Below, piece by piece: positions 35,380-35,621 of a stretch of DNA of 35,621 nt. The position numbers and the translations under genes were made by a program. A model generated the notes under the pieces. The model ran no database searches and was not told where the DNA came from. It worked only from the letters and a program-made list of their open reading frames with translations. The DNA is from a virus. How positions within the stretch are numbered: the stretch's first letter is position 1; every line of letters starts with the position of its first letter. The stretch lies in UHGV virus genome UHGV-0043842. One strand, given 5' to 3'.

Positions 35380-35621
35380 ATGATTATATACATAGATGCT
35401 AACACGCTGGCCCTGACGACGGCGGGCCAGGTGCCGCTGACTGACATGGCCCTGGTGCGGGGCGACAAGATGCCGCTGCGCATCGTCCTGACGGACGGCC
35501 CCGGCAACCCCTCGAATTCTGACGAGGTGCCCGTGCTGGCCGTGAAAAAATCCCTGGGGGACGATTCCCTGGTGCTGGCCGCCACCAATCTGGAGCCGGT
35601 CGATGATGCCCTGGGGCCGGC
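35380..35621 (+). CDS. Phage tail-region protein, 5' portion; the gene continues past the right edge.
   Basis: Paralog of 1..242, also 242 nt within the window. Its final 53 nt are identical to the reverse complement of 1..53. Confidence 0.45.
   Translation, partial: MIIYIDANTLALTTAGQVPLTDMALVRGDKMPLRIVLTDGPGNPSNSDEVPVLAVKKSLGDDSLVLAATNLEPVDDALGP

Larger units (their letters stand above)
14700..35621 (+). mobile_element. Mu-like transposable prophage, apparently complete from the repressor/immunity end through the early (A, B), lysis, packaging, head and tail genes. The right end lies outside the window.
   Basis: Gene order c-like, Cro/Ner-like, A, B, Gam, gp16-like, Mor/C, lysis, gp27-29, I, T, F matches Mu-like phages. 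Confidence 0.55.

Noticed and set aside
1-35621. CRISPR arrays, tRNA or rRNA genes, integron or retron elements.
   Set aside because: No spacer-repeat periodicity, no cloverleaf-like conserved tRNA motifs and no RT-like ORF were recognised. The short tandem repeats found are 9-bp or 96-bp coding/regulatory repeats, not CRISPR-like.

Overview
High-GC (~60-65%) window dominated by Mu-like transposable-phage DNA arranged as two inverted late-gene modules around one early region. Module A (1..~13900, all on the minus strand): Mor/C-like late activator, lysis cassette (membrane protein, M15 endolysin, i-spanin-like), DUF3486/gp27-like, terminase large subunit, DUF935/gp29-like portal, gpI-like protease/scaffold, decoration-like protein, major capsid, acidic repeat protein, DUF1320/gp36-like, MuF-like protein carrying a C-terminal extension, further virion proteins and a putative tail tube protein, running off the left edge. 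Between the modules lie an orphan DPPY DNA methyltransferase (13951..14673) and an AT-rich island (~14700..15700) with an XRE-type repressor plus a co-oriented small membrane protein. The Mu-like early region then runs rightward (Cro/Ner-like, transposase A-like 676 aa, AAA+ B-like ATPase, Gam-like, gp16-like, several small ORFs) to a terminator at 22951..22983. Module B (23032..35621, plus strand) repeats the late gene order of module A with protein-level (not nucleotide-level) homology and runs off the right edge. The first ~53 nt and last ~53 nt of the window are perfect inverted repeats inside homologous tail-region genes, so a longer identical inverted repeat probably flanks the window. 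Noteworthy: (i) the module-A MuF-like protein has a ~210-aa extra C-terminal domain with R / S-x-S / E-x-E motifs consistent with an ADP-ribosyltransferase polymorphic-toxin fusion, followed by a convergent orphan ORF; (ii) the module-B portal has its own unique basic C-terminal extension; (iii) the module-B terminase large subunit is split into two translationally coupled ORFs; (iv) module A carries an acidic protein with 96-bp tandem repeats; (v) four 9-bp tandem repeats sit immediately downstream of each Mor/C-like gene and upstream of the lysis genes; (vi) the repressor and membrane protein form a low-GC immunity/exclusion-type island. No rRNA, tRNA or CRISPR arrays were recognised. The ORF track accepts GTG/TTG starts; several start sites were re-derived by comparing the paralogous copies.
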